From the NCBI GenBank assembly GCA_036490295.1, contig DASXED010000160.1, positions 1,343 to 65,342 on the forward strand: 64,000 nucleotides of DNA. The letters are read 5' to 3'. The DNA is from Verrucomicrobiia bacterium. GTDB taxonomy: Bacteria; Verrucomicrobiota; Verrucomicrobiia; Limisphaerales; UBA11358. Below are positions 16,693 through 25,868 of the stretch, piece by piece (position 1 is the stretch's first letter; every line of letters begins with the position of its first letter). The notes under the pieces are model-generated. The model was not told where the DNA came from and searched no databases. It saw only the letters and a list, made by a program, of their open reading frames with translations. Both the position numbers and the translations under genes were made by a program.

Positions 16693-16955
16693 TTTTTTAT
16701 TGAAAATTCGGAAGATGACTCCCGAATAGACTCCCGAAATTCAATCCCTTCTTGTCCCGAACTGACACGCATTGTCACGACTTGGGCAAAACTTCAAGCA
16801 CCACTCAAGGCGGCAATTCTCGCAATCGTTAATTCAGGGGAGGCCAGCCATGAAATTAAATCTGGCTGACGTGCTGAATCCCGTAATCAAAGTAATTTTT
16901 AACCGATGAATTAAATTGCCGGATTCAAAGTTTCCCATGGAAACAATCCTGAAAA

Positions 16956-19025
16956 TCATGGGGAATTGGCCATTGTGTCATTTGTCACCGTTACGTTGTC
17001 AAACTTCACCGTCGTCGCGACAGTGGCAATGCACGAGCAAGCGCACAAACCAATTAAAAGTTTTTTCTTCAACGGAACATTCACAGTGCCAATCGGCGTC
17101 CATATTTTGCCGTCGGAAGAAATTGAAGCGGTGAAATTGTCTCCTTGTCGTTCCAGTTTCAGCCAGACAAAATCCGTCAGGCGGCCAAATGTCGCCATCG
17201 GCTCGGAAAAGTTTTCGCTGACGGTGCGGATGGCGGAAATTGCGCCGGTTTTTTCACGAACGGACAATTCCGCGCGCCAGCCCGGCGCTTCCACGTTCCG
17301 TCCGGCTTCCGGCGAAACCAGCAGTGCGACATTGGCGGCATCGGCGGCGGAAGTTTCGCGCAGCATCAAACCAAATTTGGAAAATTGCGAGCTGGTTTGC
17401 GGAACAAACCGCGCGATGATTTCGCCGCCGCCGTTCAAGGGAGCGAACGCAAATTGAAATTGATCGTTCGTGCCGCCGATGTCCGCGCCCGCGCCTTCAA
17501 GTGTAAAAGTATTTCCGTCAAAGTTCGCGCCGCCTGAAATCGCGCCGACATTTTGGTGCGCCCACGGTCTCGGCAAACCGGCGCAAATGGAAAACGGAAA
17601 TGAACCGGGACTTTCGCCAGACGCATTCACGGCGGAAACCAAATAATAATAAACCTCGCCGGATTTGACTTTTGTGTCCGTATAAGTTGTCGCCGCAAGA
17701 TTGCGCGCGACGATTTTGTAATCGTCATCGTTGGTCGTAGCGGCTTTCAGCAGAAAGCCGCTACGATAAGTCGCGCGTTTGATTGTGTAGCTTTTCGCGC
17801 CAATTGATGCGACCCAAGTGAGTTTGATTTCCTTCGGCGAAGCTTGTGCTATGACTCCGCCAGGCGACGCTGGCGCGCTGCTCGAAAAAGTTGGATTTGA
17901 AAATGGACGCGAAAAAAGCAGCGTGCCGAACCCGATGTGATCCGCGCCGTTCGGCGCGCTCGGAACGCCAACTCCTTCGGGACGGATTTTTTCAACGACT
18001 CGTTGTGTGAACGGCGCGGAAATCCCCAAACGATTTGCATAGGCGTTGTAAATTTCCTCGAACACCGCGCGGAAGCGGCCGCGTCCGTTCGTTGAAATAA
18101 TTGTGTGATGATATTTTCCGGTTTGATCCAAAGTTTCCGCGAAAGGAACACCCTCGCCGAGATTGTATTTGGCGGTGTATTCAAAACTTTTCAGCAGCAG
18201 ATTGTCGTCGTAGCCGTAAAGATTGAGTCCCTGATGCCACGCGATTTCGCAGCAGTCACCCAGGTGTGCGAGGCCGAGTTGCGTGTGCTGCTGGTCGCGA
18301 CCGCTTTCCTGGCACTGGCCGGTTTCGTTGATGATGTAATGCGTCAGCCGTCCGTCGCCCGCGCCGTCCGCATAATAATCCAGCGCGCGCTCGAACATCG
18401 CGCGGTCATTGCAAAAAACACCAATGGCCATCATGGTTTTGATGGCCGCCGCGTCCCAGTTGCCGTTGGCGAACGGCGCGAAATTTTCGATGACCGGATA
18501 AATGACTTCGCGAAAATGTTTTTCCGTCTGCTGGATTTCTTCTTGAGACCAGCCTGCGTCAGTGTAGCGGAGAATTTCCGCCGCGTTGACCATTTTGAAC
18601 GGCCCAAGTCCCGCCATCAAAACCGCGTCGCGTCCGGTAATTGATTTCAAAGTTGAAGACCACGCGTTGATGATCTCCTTCGATTTGTTCGCGTAAGCGA
18701 TGTCGCCGGTGATGCACCACATGATGGCACATTGGTAGGCGGCATTCGCATCGGAGTCGTAAGCGGTTTGGCCGACGGTCGGATTTCTTCCGACCATCGC
18801 CAGCGGGCCGCGCATTTTGTAATCCAACTGCGACTGCGCGTTGGCGCGGAAAATTTCGTAGCCGGAAAAAACCGGTTCTGATTTCACGGCGACGGCGTTT
18901 TTCATTCGCGCCAAATCTTCGCGGCTTTGCAGCAAACCGGGATGGACGAACGTAAAATCCGCCAACACCGGCGAGACGGTCATCAGCAAAAAGGACAACG
19001 CGATGCGGAACGCGTTCTTTTTCAT
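16956..19025 (-). CDS. Secreted polysaccharide lyase: alginate-lyase-type (alpha/alpha)6 domain + FN3 + C-terminal LamG/DUF1349-like beta-sandwich
   Basis: Start moved to ATG 19025 (signal MKKNAFRIALSFLLMTVSPVLA). This shares one nucleotide with the GH88 stop (TGATG). The lyase domain reads FVHPGLLQSREDLARMK...AYQCAIMWCITGDIAYANKSKEIINAWSS...GNWDAAAIKTMMAIGVF. The FN3 reads IKLTWVASIGAKSYTIKRA...YYYLVSAVNASGES. Confidence 0.85.
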   Translation of the reverse strand: MKKNAFRIALSFLLMTVSPVLADFTFVHPGLLQSREDLARMKNAVAVKSEPVFSGYEIFRANAQSQLDYKMRGPLAMVGRNPTVGQTAYDSDANAAYQCAIMWCITGDIAYANKSKEIINAWSSTLKSITGRDAVLMAGLGPFKMVNAAEILRYTDAGWSQEEIQQTEKHFREVIYPVIENFAPFANGNWDAAAIKTMMAIGVFCNDRAMFERALDYYADGAGDGRLTHYIINETGQCQESGRDQQHTQLGLAHLGDCCEIAWHQGLNLYGYDDNLLLKSFEYTAKYNLGEGVPFAETLDQTGKYHHTIISTNGRGRFRAVFEEIYNAYANRLGISAPFTQRVVEKIRPEGVGVPSAPNGADHIGFGTLLFSRPFSNPTFSSSAPASPGGVIAQASPKEIKLTWVASIGAKSYTIKRATYRSGFLLKAATTNDDDYKIVARNLAATTYTDTKVKSGEVYYYLVSAVNASGESPGSFPFSICAGLPRPWAHQNVGAISGGANFDGNTFTLEGAGADIGGTNDQFQFAFAPLNGGGEIIARFVPQTSSQFSKFGLMLRETSAADAANVALLVSPEAGRNVEAPGWRAELSVREKTGAISAIRTVSENFSEPMATFGRLTDFVWLKLERQGDNFTASISSDGKIWTPIGTVNVPLKKKLLIGLCACSCIATVATTVKFDNVTVTNDTMANSP

Positions 19026-20218
19026 CACCACCATCCTTCGGCTCCGGACAATTCTCTGACGATGGCTTCCATGAGATAATAATCGCCCCAACTGGTGTAA
19101 GCATTCTTGGCGCCGTTAATACCATCGCCGACCTGGCCGTTTTTCAAAATGGCGGGACATTTGTCGTCGAAATTGAGGTAATCTTTGCTGCAAATCCGGT
19201 CGAGCAAGGCGTCCTTGGCCTTCAAAATCATGCTGTCGGCGGCGTGGTGTTTGGCGAGTTCCTGAAAACCGCACACGGCAATCGCTGCAGCCGAGGAATC
19301 GCGGATTGTCTTTTCACCGGCGGGCAATTTGAAGTCCCAAACCGGCACTATTTCCTCATCAAGGCTGGCGATGAATTTTCGCGCCAATCTTAATGAGGTT
19401 TCAAGATGTTTGGCGTCGCGCGTGTAGCCGTAACTCAACGCGAATCCATAAATCGCCCAAGCCGTGCCGCGTGCCCAATGGGATTCCACGGAACAGCCGC
19501 AGTAATTGTCGCCGCGCACGGGCCAGCCGGTTTTCAGATCGAAGCGGAATGCGTGAAGAACCGAATCATCAGGCCGCACAAAATTTTTCAAGGTCGTGTC
19601 CGCGTGGCGGATCGCAATGTCGCGGAATTTTTTATCGCCGGTTTCCTGCGCCGCCCAATGGAGCAGTGGCAAATTCATCATGCAATCAATGATCGCCAGT
19701 CCGGCGTAATCGGTGTTGAATTCATCCATTCGTCCCCACGCGCGGATGTAGCCGCCTTCAGGAATGAACCGGCCGGCCAATGCTTCCGCCGCGCGCAAAG
19801 CGACTTCGCGATGTTTTTTGTCGCCGGTCAATTTGTAAAGCGCGACTGAATACAGCGAATAAAGGAAGCCGAGATCGTGCATGGTGTCCATGCTGCGGGT
19901 GAACACTTTCTCGCGGTAGTGTGGCGCGAGTCGCAGGACCTGTTTGAGGAAGAATTCGTCTTCCGTTTCCCGCCAGGCCAGCAAGGCCATGCCGGTAAAA
20001 AAGGAAGATGTCCAGTTGCCGATCTCGTGGAAATCTTCCTGCCAATTAAAATAATTGCCATCCACGGCCAGCGCCGCGGTTTTTGGCTCGTCAGCCAGCC
20101 GTTTGATGTTGTCGCGGGTTTTGGCAACGCAAAGGTCAAGGGCGCTTTTCAAATTCGGCCGCGCGGGAGGTTTGATGTTCCGATCCAGCACGGTTTGATT
20201 GTGTAATGTTGTTTTCAA
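19025..20218 (-). CDS. GH88 unsaturated glucuronyl hydrolase
   Basis: Collinear with the Bacillus UGL sequence recalled from memory: HDLGFLYS, IIDCMMNLPLLHWAAQETGD, HWARGTAWAIYGFALSY, VPVWDF, RDSSAAAIAVCG, WGDYYLMEA. Confidence 0.9.
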   Translation of the reverse strand: MKTTLHNQTVLDRNIKPPARPNLKSALDLCVAKTRDNIKRLADEPKTAALAVDGNYFNWQEDFHEIGNWTSSFFTGMALLAWRETEDEFFLKQVLRLAPHYREKVFTRSMDTMHDLGFLYSLYSVALYKLTGDKKHREVALRAAEALAGRFIPEGGYIRAWGRMDEFNTDYAGLAIIDCMMNLPLLHWAAQETGDKKFRDIAIRHADTTLKNFVRPDDSVLHAFRFDLKTGWPVRGDNYCGCSVESHWARGTAWAIYGFALSYGYTRDAKHLETSLRLARKFIASLDEEIVPVWDFKLPAGEKTIRDSSAAAIAVCGFQELAKHHAADSMILKAKDALLDRICSKDYLNFDDKCPAILKNGQVGDGINGAKNAYTSWGDYYLMEAIVRELSGAEGWW

Positions 20219-20322
20219 GCAGCAGTATGTATCTTAAAAAAATCGTTATGATGATTGCATTAAAAAATTGCGAACGTCTGGTAATTGTCCCGCCAACCAG
20301 CGGCAGTAACAATTGAAGTTCT

Positions 20323-20338
20323 ACGCACACTTGTGCGT
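20323..20338. promoter_or_regulatory. 16-bp palindrome ACGCACA-CT-TGTGCGT, candidate operator upstream of the GH88-lyase pair
   Basis: Perfect 7+7 inverted repeat about 105 nt upstream of the GH88 start and downstream of the PEP-CTERM gene terminator. The 22-mer AAGTT-TACGCACACTTGTGCG recurs at 21619..21640 with 21/22 identity. Confidence 0.45.
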
Positions 20339-20369
20339 TGGCTGCGCCAATGAATCGAAAATTTCGTCC

Positions 20370-20401
20370 AAAAAAATCCCGGAAATAAAATATTTCCGGG
20401 A
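20370..20401 (-). terminator. Rho-independent terminator of the PEP-CTERM gene
   Basis: On the minus strand: TCCCGGAAATA-ttt-TATTTCCGGGA (11-bp perfect stem) followed by TTTTTTT. Confidence 0.75.
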
Positions 20402-20423
20402 ATTGTGAAAACCTGCGGATTTT

Positions 20424-21542
20424 TTACGATTGGCAGCGGCGCATCACCAAACCCAATCCCGCGATTCCCGCTCCTAACAAAGACAGCACGGATGGTTCTG
20501 GAACAGCCGCCACGGTGTAGGTGACTTGCAGATCATCTGTTCCGCTATTATCAACAATCCCGAAGCTCCAGCCAGCGGCAGCATCGCCAGCGGCAAGCGT
20601 CAAGTTGTTGGTAAGGGAATCAGTGTCACTAAAAGTCATCAAATTCCAAGACATCGTGGAAGTAGGCGCAGCACCGCTGAAGCCGAGGCTCAAGGTTGAC
20701 CCGGCCTCGAACGAGACATATTGCGGAGCGGCAGTGCCATTAAGAATGTTGATTTGTCCAAGTGTGAAACCAGTGCTGTTAACAGTGGCGGCAAGGGTGC
20801 CATTGCCTTTCTGAAGCCAGAAACCAGCGCTGGTGAGATTAACACCATTATCGGTTCCAATATTTGCGATGCCGCCGCCCATGACGTTAAAAGTGCCGGA
20901 ACCAGCCAGCGAGCTTTGACCAACCTCGACACCAAACCGCGTGTAGACATTGCCACCGCTCAAGTTCAGAGTGCCCGTGGCTGTGCCACCCGCGCCGAGG
21001 CTAATGCTATCATTGGCGACGCCATCCTCAGTGGTTCCTCGGGTTACGTCCAATGTTCCTGACGACACATTCACAATCCCAACGCCGCCGGTGTTAAGGC
21101 CAATCTGCTCGTCACCGCCAATCTTGAGGGTGCCACCGGCGATATTTTCAGTCCCGGCGAAACCGACACCAACCCGCCCCTGAGTGCTGCCGTCTGCGGT
21201 GAGCGTGCCGCCTGTAACGTCCAGGCGGCCATTCGCAGTAACTCCAACGCGGATGGATTGATAGGTCAGCGCGCCTTCCGCCGCCGCGTAGATGGCATAG
21301 TTCGCAGTGGTATCCAGTTGAAGTTGATCGCCGGAAGTGCCGGTTCCTGTGACTGGCAGGCTCGGATTGCTGCTCCAGTTGGCGGCATCAAGCCAGTTGT
21401 TGTCGGCCCCGCCGCCCGTCCAAGTAACCGTCGCAGCCTGCAAGGAGATTGCATTGAAAAGGCTCGCAGCGACGCAAGCGGCAAATATCTTGATGAAATT
21501 GCGCGTCCCAGCGAACCGTGATGAGAATTGAGTTTTTTTCAT
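20424..21542 (-). CDS. PEP-CTERM-anchored secreted protein (beta-strand-rich, Gly/Thr-rich)
   Basis: Signal peptide (IFAACVAASLFNAISLQA). The C-terminus VPEPSVLSLLGAGIAGLGLVMRRCQS has the PEP motif, a TM helix and a basic tail. The body is collinear with the N-terminal ~330 aa of the 21682..25698 product. Confidence 0.8.
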   Translation of the reverse strand: MKKTQFSSRFAGTRNFIKIFAACVAASLFNAISLQAATVTWTGGGADNNWLDAANWSSNPSLPVTGTGTSGDQLQLDTTANYAIYAAAEGALTYQSIRVGVTANGRLDVTGGTLTADGSTQGRVGVGFAGTENIAGGTLKIGGDEQIGLNTGGVGIVNVSSGTLDVTRGTTEDGVANDSISLGAGGTATGTLNLSGGNVYTRFGVEVGQSSLAGSGTFNVMGGGIANIGTDNGVNLTSAGFWLQKGNGTLAATVNSTGFTLGQINILNGTAAPQYVSFEAGSTLSLGFSGAAPTSTMSWNLMTFSDTDSLTNNLTLAAGDAAAGWSFGIVDNSGTDDLQVTYTVAAVPEPSVLSLLGAGIAGLGLVMRRCQS

Positions 21543-21625
21543 ACGTATTTTTAGGTTTTGATTTTAGGTGTCGGGCTTTGAAGGAAATTTTTATGTCATT
21601 TGGACATTAAGACAACGAAAGTTTT

Positions 21626-21640
21626 ACGCACACTTGTGCG
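21626..21640. promoter_or_regulatory. Second copy of the ACGCACA-CT-TGTGCG palindrome, upstream of the PEP-CTERM gene
   Basis: About 85 nt upstream of ATG 21542. See 20323..20338. Confidence 0.45.
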
Positions 21641-21681
21641 GATATTGAAAAACAAGCGTTTTCTGCTTATCACAATGATTT

Positions 21682-24600
21682 TCACGGGTAAATCAACCGG
21701 TAAAAGACGCTGCCATTTTCAGAATCAACGGGAACCCCCATTTGGTTTGTCCCGCTCGAGCCTGGCACAGTCATCCAATTGGTTCCAAGTCCATTGCCCG
21801 GAGAATTAGTCTGAACCTGCAACTCCCAACCAAAATGATCCGACGGCCATGTGAATTGGATTTGATTGCCGCCGGTTTGGAAAGCAAGTTGCGGCGCGGC
21901 AAACGAAACGGGGCGCACGCTGATCTCGCTGGAGTTGGCGCTTTCACCGAAAAAATTCGTGCCGCTGACCACATAATAATAAGGCGTGCCGTTGACGAGG
22001 CCGGTGTTGGTGAAAATCAGGCTGCTCCAATTCGTGGCGACGGTCGTGTAAGGACCGCCGCTGACATTAGCACTTTTCAAATTATAGCCGGTGGCATTGG
22101 TCGCAGCAGACCAGTTCAAAAATACGCTGGTGTCCCCCGGCACGGCAATCAGGTCGGTGGGAGTTCCCGGCAATGCGGGCCACAAACCGGTCACGCTCAC
22201 ATTGTCAAAAACGGCAGTGTCGAGAGCGCCATTGTTGCGTGAACAAACAGCAAACCCCACGAGAATAGTGCTGTTCATCGTGATGGTGTGCGAGTTGACG
22301 ACGACCCAGTTTGTGCCGTTGGTGGAAACTGAGCCGGTGAAGACATTTCCCGCGCGCGTCAGCTTCAGCCATTCAGGCAACTTGCCGCCACTGTTAGTTG
22401 AACCGGTGGAAGTGCCGTTGCCTCCCGTGGAAGTGCGATAGATGAAACCGTTGGTGCTGGTGCCGTCAAACAAAAGAAAGACGTGCTTGGAACCTTCAGC
22501 AAGTGACTCGCGCATCGAAAGGCCGGCTTTGTTCAAGCCGCTGTAAATGGAGCGGGAGGTATAGCGCGCGATGATTGTGCCGTCGCCCGTCATGTTCAAA
22601 TAAGAAAAGCCAAACGCATCCGCCGCACCGCCACCGTAATCAAGGCCAGCACCTTGAACTGTGAATGCACCATTGGTGTAAGTGGCGTTGCCCGGAGTTG
22701 TGACATAGCCGCCGTCCGAATAAGTCCAGGAAGCTGGCAGCGCGGGCAATGTCGTAGCGATGACCTGCGCGGAGTCGGCACTGGCACCGATGTTGTTTGT
22801 TGCGGAAACGACGTAGTAGTAAGTTGTGTTCGGCATCAGCCCGGTGTCGGCATAAGTGAGAAAGGTTGTGCCCACGCCATTTGCAATCGTAGCGTATGGC
22901 CCGCCGCTTGCAGTGGAGCGTTTCACGATGTAATTCGTCGCGCCCAAAACTGAATTCCATGCGAGATCAATCCGAACGTGCGAAATCGTGCTGGCAATGA
23001 CGCCACTCGGCGCGGCTGGCGCGGCGGCTGAAGGATATGCCGTTGCAAGACCGGAGTTGACTGTTTCGCCAACGCTGTTTGTCGCGGACACTTTGTAAAA
23101 ATAAAGCACATCGTTCGACACGGTGTTGTCGGTGTAACTGGTCACGGCAATGCTAGCGATATTGATGTAATCGCCGCCGCGCGAAGTGGCGCGCTTCACA
23201 TTATAACCTGTCGCGTCGGATGCCGCGTTCCAAACCAAGCTGACCTGCGCATTACTCCATGTCGCTCCCAAACCGGACGGCATGACCGGCAACCCGGCGG
23301 TTAGCGGCGGCAGTGCGGCAACAAGTGTTCCAAATGCGATGTGATCACGGTCATAACCTTCCGGGCGAATCTGGGCCACGGCATTGGATGACCACGGCGC
23401 AGCAAGGCCAATCATGTTTTGATAAGGATTAAAGGCTTGCTCCCAAAGTGGAAACCATGTGCCAACCTGGGCCAAGGCGCCTGCCGTTTGCGTGATCAGG
23501 CCGGTGTTTGCCGGACCGTCACATTGAAAGCCAGCAACATATGGAACGAGGACATTGGTCAAGCCGCTTAAACCGTTGTTGGTAGTATTATTGGCATTGA
23601 AATACGCGAGATATTCATGTCCCACCAGCAGCCGGTTGTTGAGAAACGTCCACATATCTATACCCTGGCACCACGCCGTCCAATAGCCCTGACAAATGTC
23701 ATCCAGCCCCAAACCCCAATGCCCAATGTCGCGATCCGATTCATCTGTCCAGCCACCCGGATTGATGTAATCCATGACGCCCATGTCGCACTCGGTGGGC
23801 GCGCCAAATTTCATGGCGTTCATGGCTTCGTTAAAGACACCTTCGTCGTCAAGAAAGACGCCGGCAGCCATGGCGCTGGCTGCACCGCACTGGCCCCAGT
23901 TGCCACCGCCATACATCCGGTTCTGTGGCAGAATCACGTTGCGGATGAAATTGCTGCAGGTGTTGATTTCCGCCTGCGACCACGGCGCGCCGGTGTAGCG
24001 GATGATCTCGGCGGCGGTGATGAATTTGAATCCTTGCAGACCGCAGGCCAGCCGCACGTCCGAGCCGGACGTGTTGGTGCAGATGGACGACCATGCGTCG
24101 AGAATTTGTATCGCCTTCGCCGCATGCGCTGGGTCGCCGGTCAGATACCAAAGCAACGCATTTTGATACGCGCCGCCACAGTCGTCCTGAAATTCCGTCG
24201 GTAGAGCCGGAACAATTGCGTCGCGATGAATCGTGGTCAGCGGTCCCTCCATGGCGTAACTCGACGACGAATGGGAATCGGCGAGCATATTTGTGTAGCC
24301 CATATACCAAGGATTGTTGGCCGCCAATACATTCGTTCTCATGCGTTCCAAATCGGCGACCGTATGCATGACACCTGGGTGAACAAAATTGCCGCCGAAC
24401 GGCGTGGCGCGGACTTCAAATGAATTACCCGTCAGCCCGTTCGTCATCGCGGCGCTGACGACGTAATAGTAAGTCACGCCATTCGTAAGTCCGGTGTCCG
24501 TGTAATTGATGTCGGCCAATGAGTTCGTAAAAGTGTAAGGCCCTCCGGACGATGTGGCGCGCTTGAGAAAATAATTCGTCGCACCGGCCGCCGCCGACCA

Positions 24601-25698
24601 GTGCAGCATCACTTGGGAATTTCCCGGCACCGCTACGATGCCCATGGGCGGAGAAAGGTTCGCGGCAATATAAATAATGCGCAGCGTGTTCGCATGGCTG
24701 GCGCCGTTGTTGGTCACGAAAGCGAAACTCCAGTTCGTGTCCGTGCCCGGCGCGAACGCGAGTCCGTTGGTCAGCAACGTGCCGTCCCACGTCATCAAAT
24801 TCCACGCGCCGGGATTAGTCGCGCCGAGGAAGCCGACTTCGAGCAGTGAGCCACGCATGAACATCACGTTGCCGGAACTATAAGTTCCCGCCGGCCCGCT
24901 CAAATGGGCGACGTAAATCGAGCCGAGCGTGCCGTTCGTCACATACGCCGCGAGTGTGCTGCCGGAATTTTGCACCCAGAATCCGTCATCGGCGGCGTTA
25001 TCCGTGCCGACGTTCGCCACGCCGGCACCGTCCACCTCGAAACGACCGGTGCCACCGTTTGCACCGAGCAAAATTCCCGTGCGCGTCCGCAATTCGCCGC
25101 CGGATAAAACGCAGTTTCCGTGCGTGCCTGTGCCATCGCCAAATCCAATGCTGACGTTGGGAACGCCGCCAATGGTGCCGTTTCGGCTAGAGTCCAGCAA
25201 GCCGCCGCTCACGTTGATGTTGCCGGTGCTGCCAGAATTCAATCCCACTTCCATGTAACCGCCCAAAGCCAGCGAACCGTTGGTGACTGTGACCGTGCCG
25301 GTGTTCCCACCCTGACCGATGTAGCTCACCGTCGTTGAATCGCTCCCGAGCGAACCGCCGGTGACTAGAAGCTCGCCGCTGGCGCTGTCGCCAATGCGAA
25401 TGAACTGGTAAGTATTGTCACCCGTCGCCGTGGAGTAAATTGCGCGACCCGCGCCGCTCAAGTTGATGTGAATCTTGTCGCCGGTCGTGCCGAGGCCGGT
25501 GCCCGGCAGCACGTTTCCGCTCCAGTTCGTCGCGTTGCCCCAGTCATTGTTTCCCGCGCCGTTGTCCCATTGGACATCAACATTCGTTGCGCGCGCGGCG
25601 GCGGCGAAAAGCACAACCGTAGCCAGCAACCAAAAAATTTTGGCATCAATGGACTTCAAGCGTTTGATAAAATCAAGGCTCATTGGCATAGCTTCCAT
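21682..25698 (-). CDS. Giant secreted multidomain polysaccharide lyase (N-terminal beta-strand module, FN3, alginate-lyase-type domain, 2x FN3, LamG/DUF1349-like, FN3, conserved C-terminal beta domain)
   Basis: Lyase domain: FVHPGVMHTVADLERMR...AYQNALLWYLTGDPAHAAKAIQILDAWSS...GNWGQCGAASAMAAGVF. There are four FN3-like units with the TYYYVVSA.N..G signature. The C-terminus ends FYRLIYP. The exact start among M1/M4/M6 is open. Confidence 0.85.
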   Translation of the reverse strand: MEAMPMSLDFIKRLKSIDAKIFWLLATVVLFAAAARATNVDVQWDNGAGNNDWGNATNWSGNVLPGTGLGTTGDKIHINLSGAGRAIYSTATGDNTYQFIRIGDSASGELLVTGGSLGSDSTTVSYIGQGGNTGTVTVTNGSLALGGYMEVGLNSGSTGNINVSGGLLDSSRNGTIGGVPNVSIGFGDGTGTHGNCVLSGGELRTRTGILLGANGGTGRFEVDGAGVANVGTDNAADDGFWVQNSGSTLAAYVTNGTLGSIYVAHLSGPAGTYSSGNVMFMRGSLLEVGFLGATNPGAWNLMTWDGTLLTNGLAFAPGTDTNWSFAFVTNNGASHANTLRIIYIAANLSPPMGIVAVPGNSQVMLHWSAAAGATNYFLKRATSSGGPYTFTNSLADINYTDTGLTNGVTYYYVVSAAMTNGLTGNSFEVRATPFGGNFVHPGVMHTVADLERMRTNVLAANNPWYMGYTNMLADSHSSSSYAMEGPLTTIHRDAIVPALPTEFQDDCGGAYQNALLWYLTGDPAHAAKAIQILDAWSSICTNTSGSDVRLACGLQGFKFITAAEIIRYTGAPWSQAEINTCSNFIRNVILPQNRMYGGGNWGQCGAASAMAAGVFLDDEGVFNEAMNAMKFGAPTECDMGVMDYINPGGWTDESDRDIGHWGLGLDDICQGYWTAWCQGIDMWTFLNNRLLVGHEYLAYFNANNTTNNGLSGLTNVLVPYVAGFQCDGPANTGLITQTAGALAQVGTWFPLWEQAFNPYQNMIGLAAPWSSNAVAQIRPEGYDRDHIAFGTLVAALPPLTAGLPVMPSGLGATWSNAQVSLVWNAASDATGYNVKRATSRGGDYINIASIAVTSYTDNTVSNDVLYFYKVSATNSVGETVNSGLATAYPSAAAPAAPSGVIASTISHVRIDLAWNSVLGATNYIVKRSTASGGPYATIANGVGTTFLTYADTGLMPNTTYYYVVSATNNIGASADSAQVIATTLPALPASWTYSDGGYVTTPGNATYTNGAFTVQGAGLDYGGGAADAFGFSYLNMTGDGTIIARYTSRSIYSGLNKAGLSMRESLAEGSKHVFLLFDGTSTNGFIYRTSTGGNGTSTGSTNSGGKLPEWLKLTRAGNVFTGSVSTNGTNWVVVNSHTITMNSTILVGFAVCSRNNGALDTAVFDNVSVTGLWPALPGTPTDLIAVPGDTSVFLNWSAATNATGYNLKSANVSGGPYTTVATNWSSLIFTNTGLVNGTPYYYVVSGTNFFGESANSSEISVRPVSFAAPQLAFQTGGNQIQFTWPSDHFGWELQVQTNSPGNGLGTNWMTVPGSSGTNQMGVPVDSENGSVFYRLIYP

Positions 25699-25868
25699 GA
25701 TTTTGGAATAGAGTAATAATAGAGTAACATCTGGCGCGATTTACCGCCATGTCCCGCCGTTGTGAAATTCCTAGTCAAGCGTTTCCATCAGGTAGTAGTT
25801 ACTCTATATGATTGCTGCGCGGCATAGGCAGGGAAACCTCGATGGCCAAAAAATGAGTCATTAATTCA

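Noticed and set aside
16645-16869. 74-aa plus ORF
   Set aside because: Its first third overlaps the tRNA-Ser gene itself. Only the tail was noted, as possible debris in the findings.
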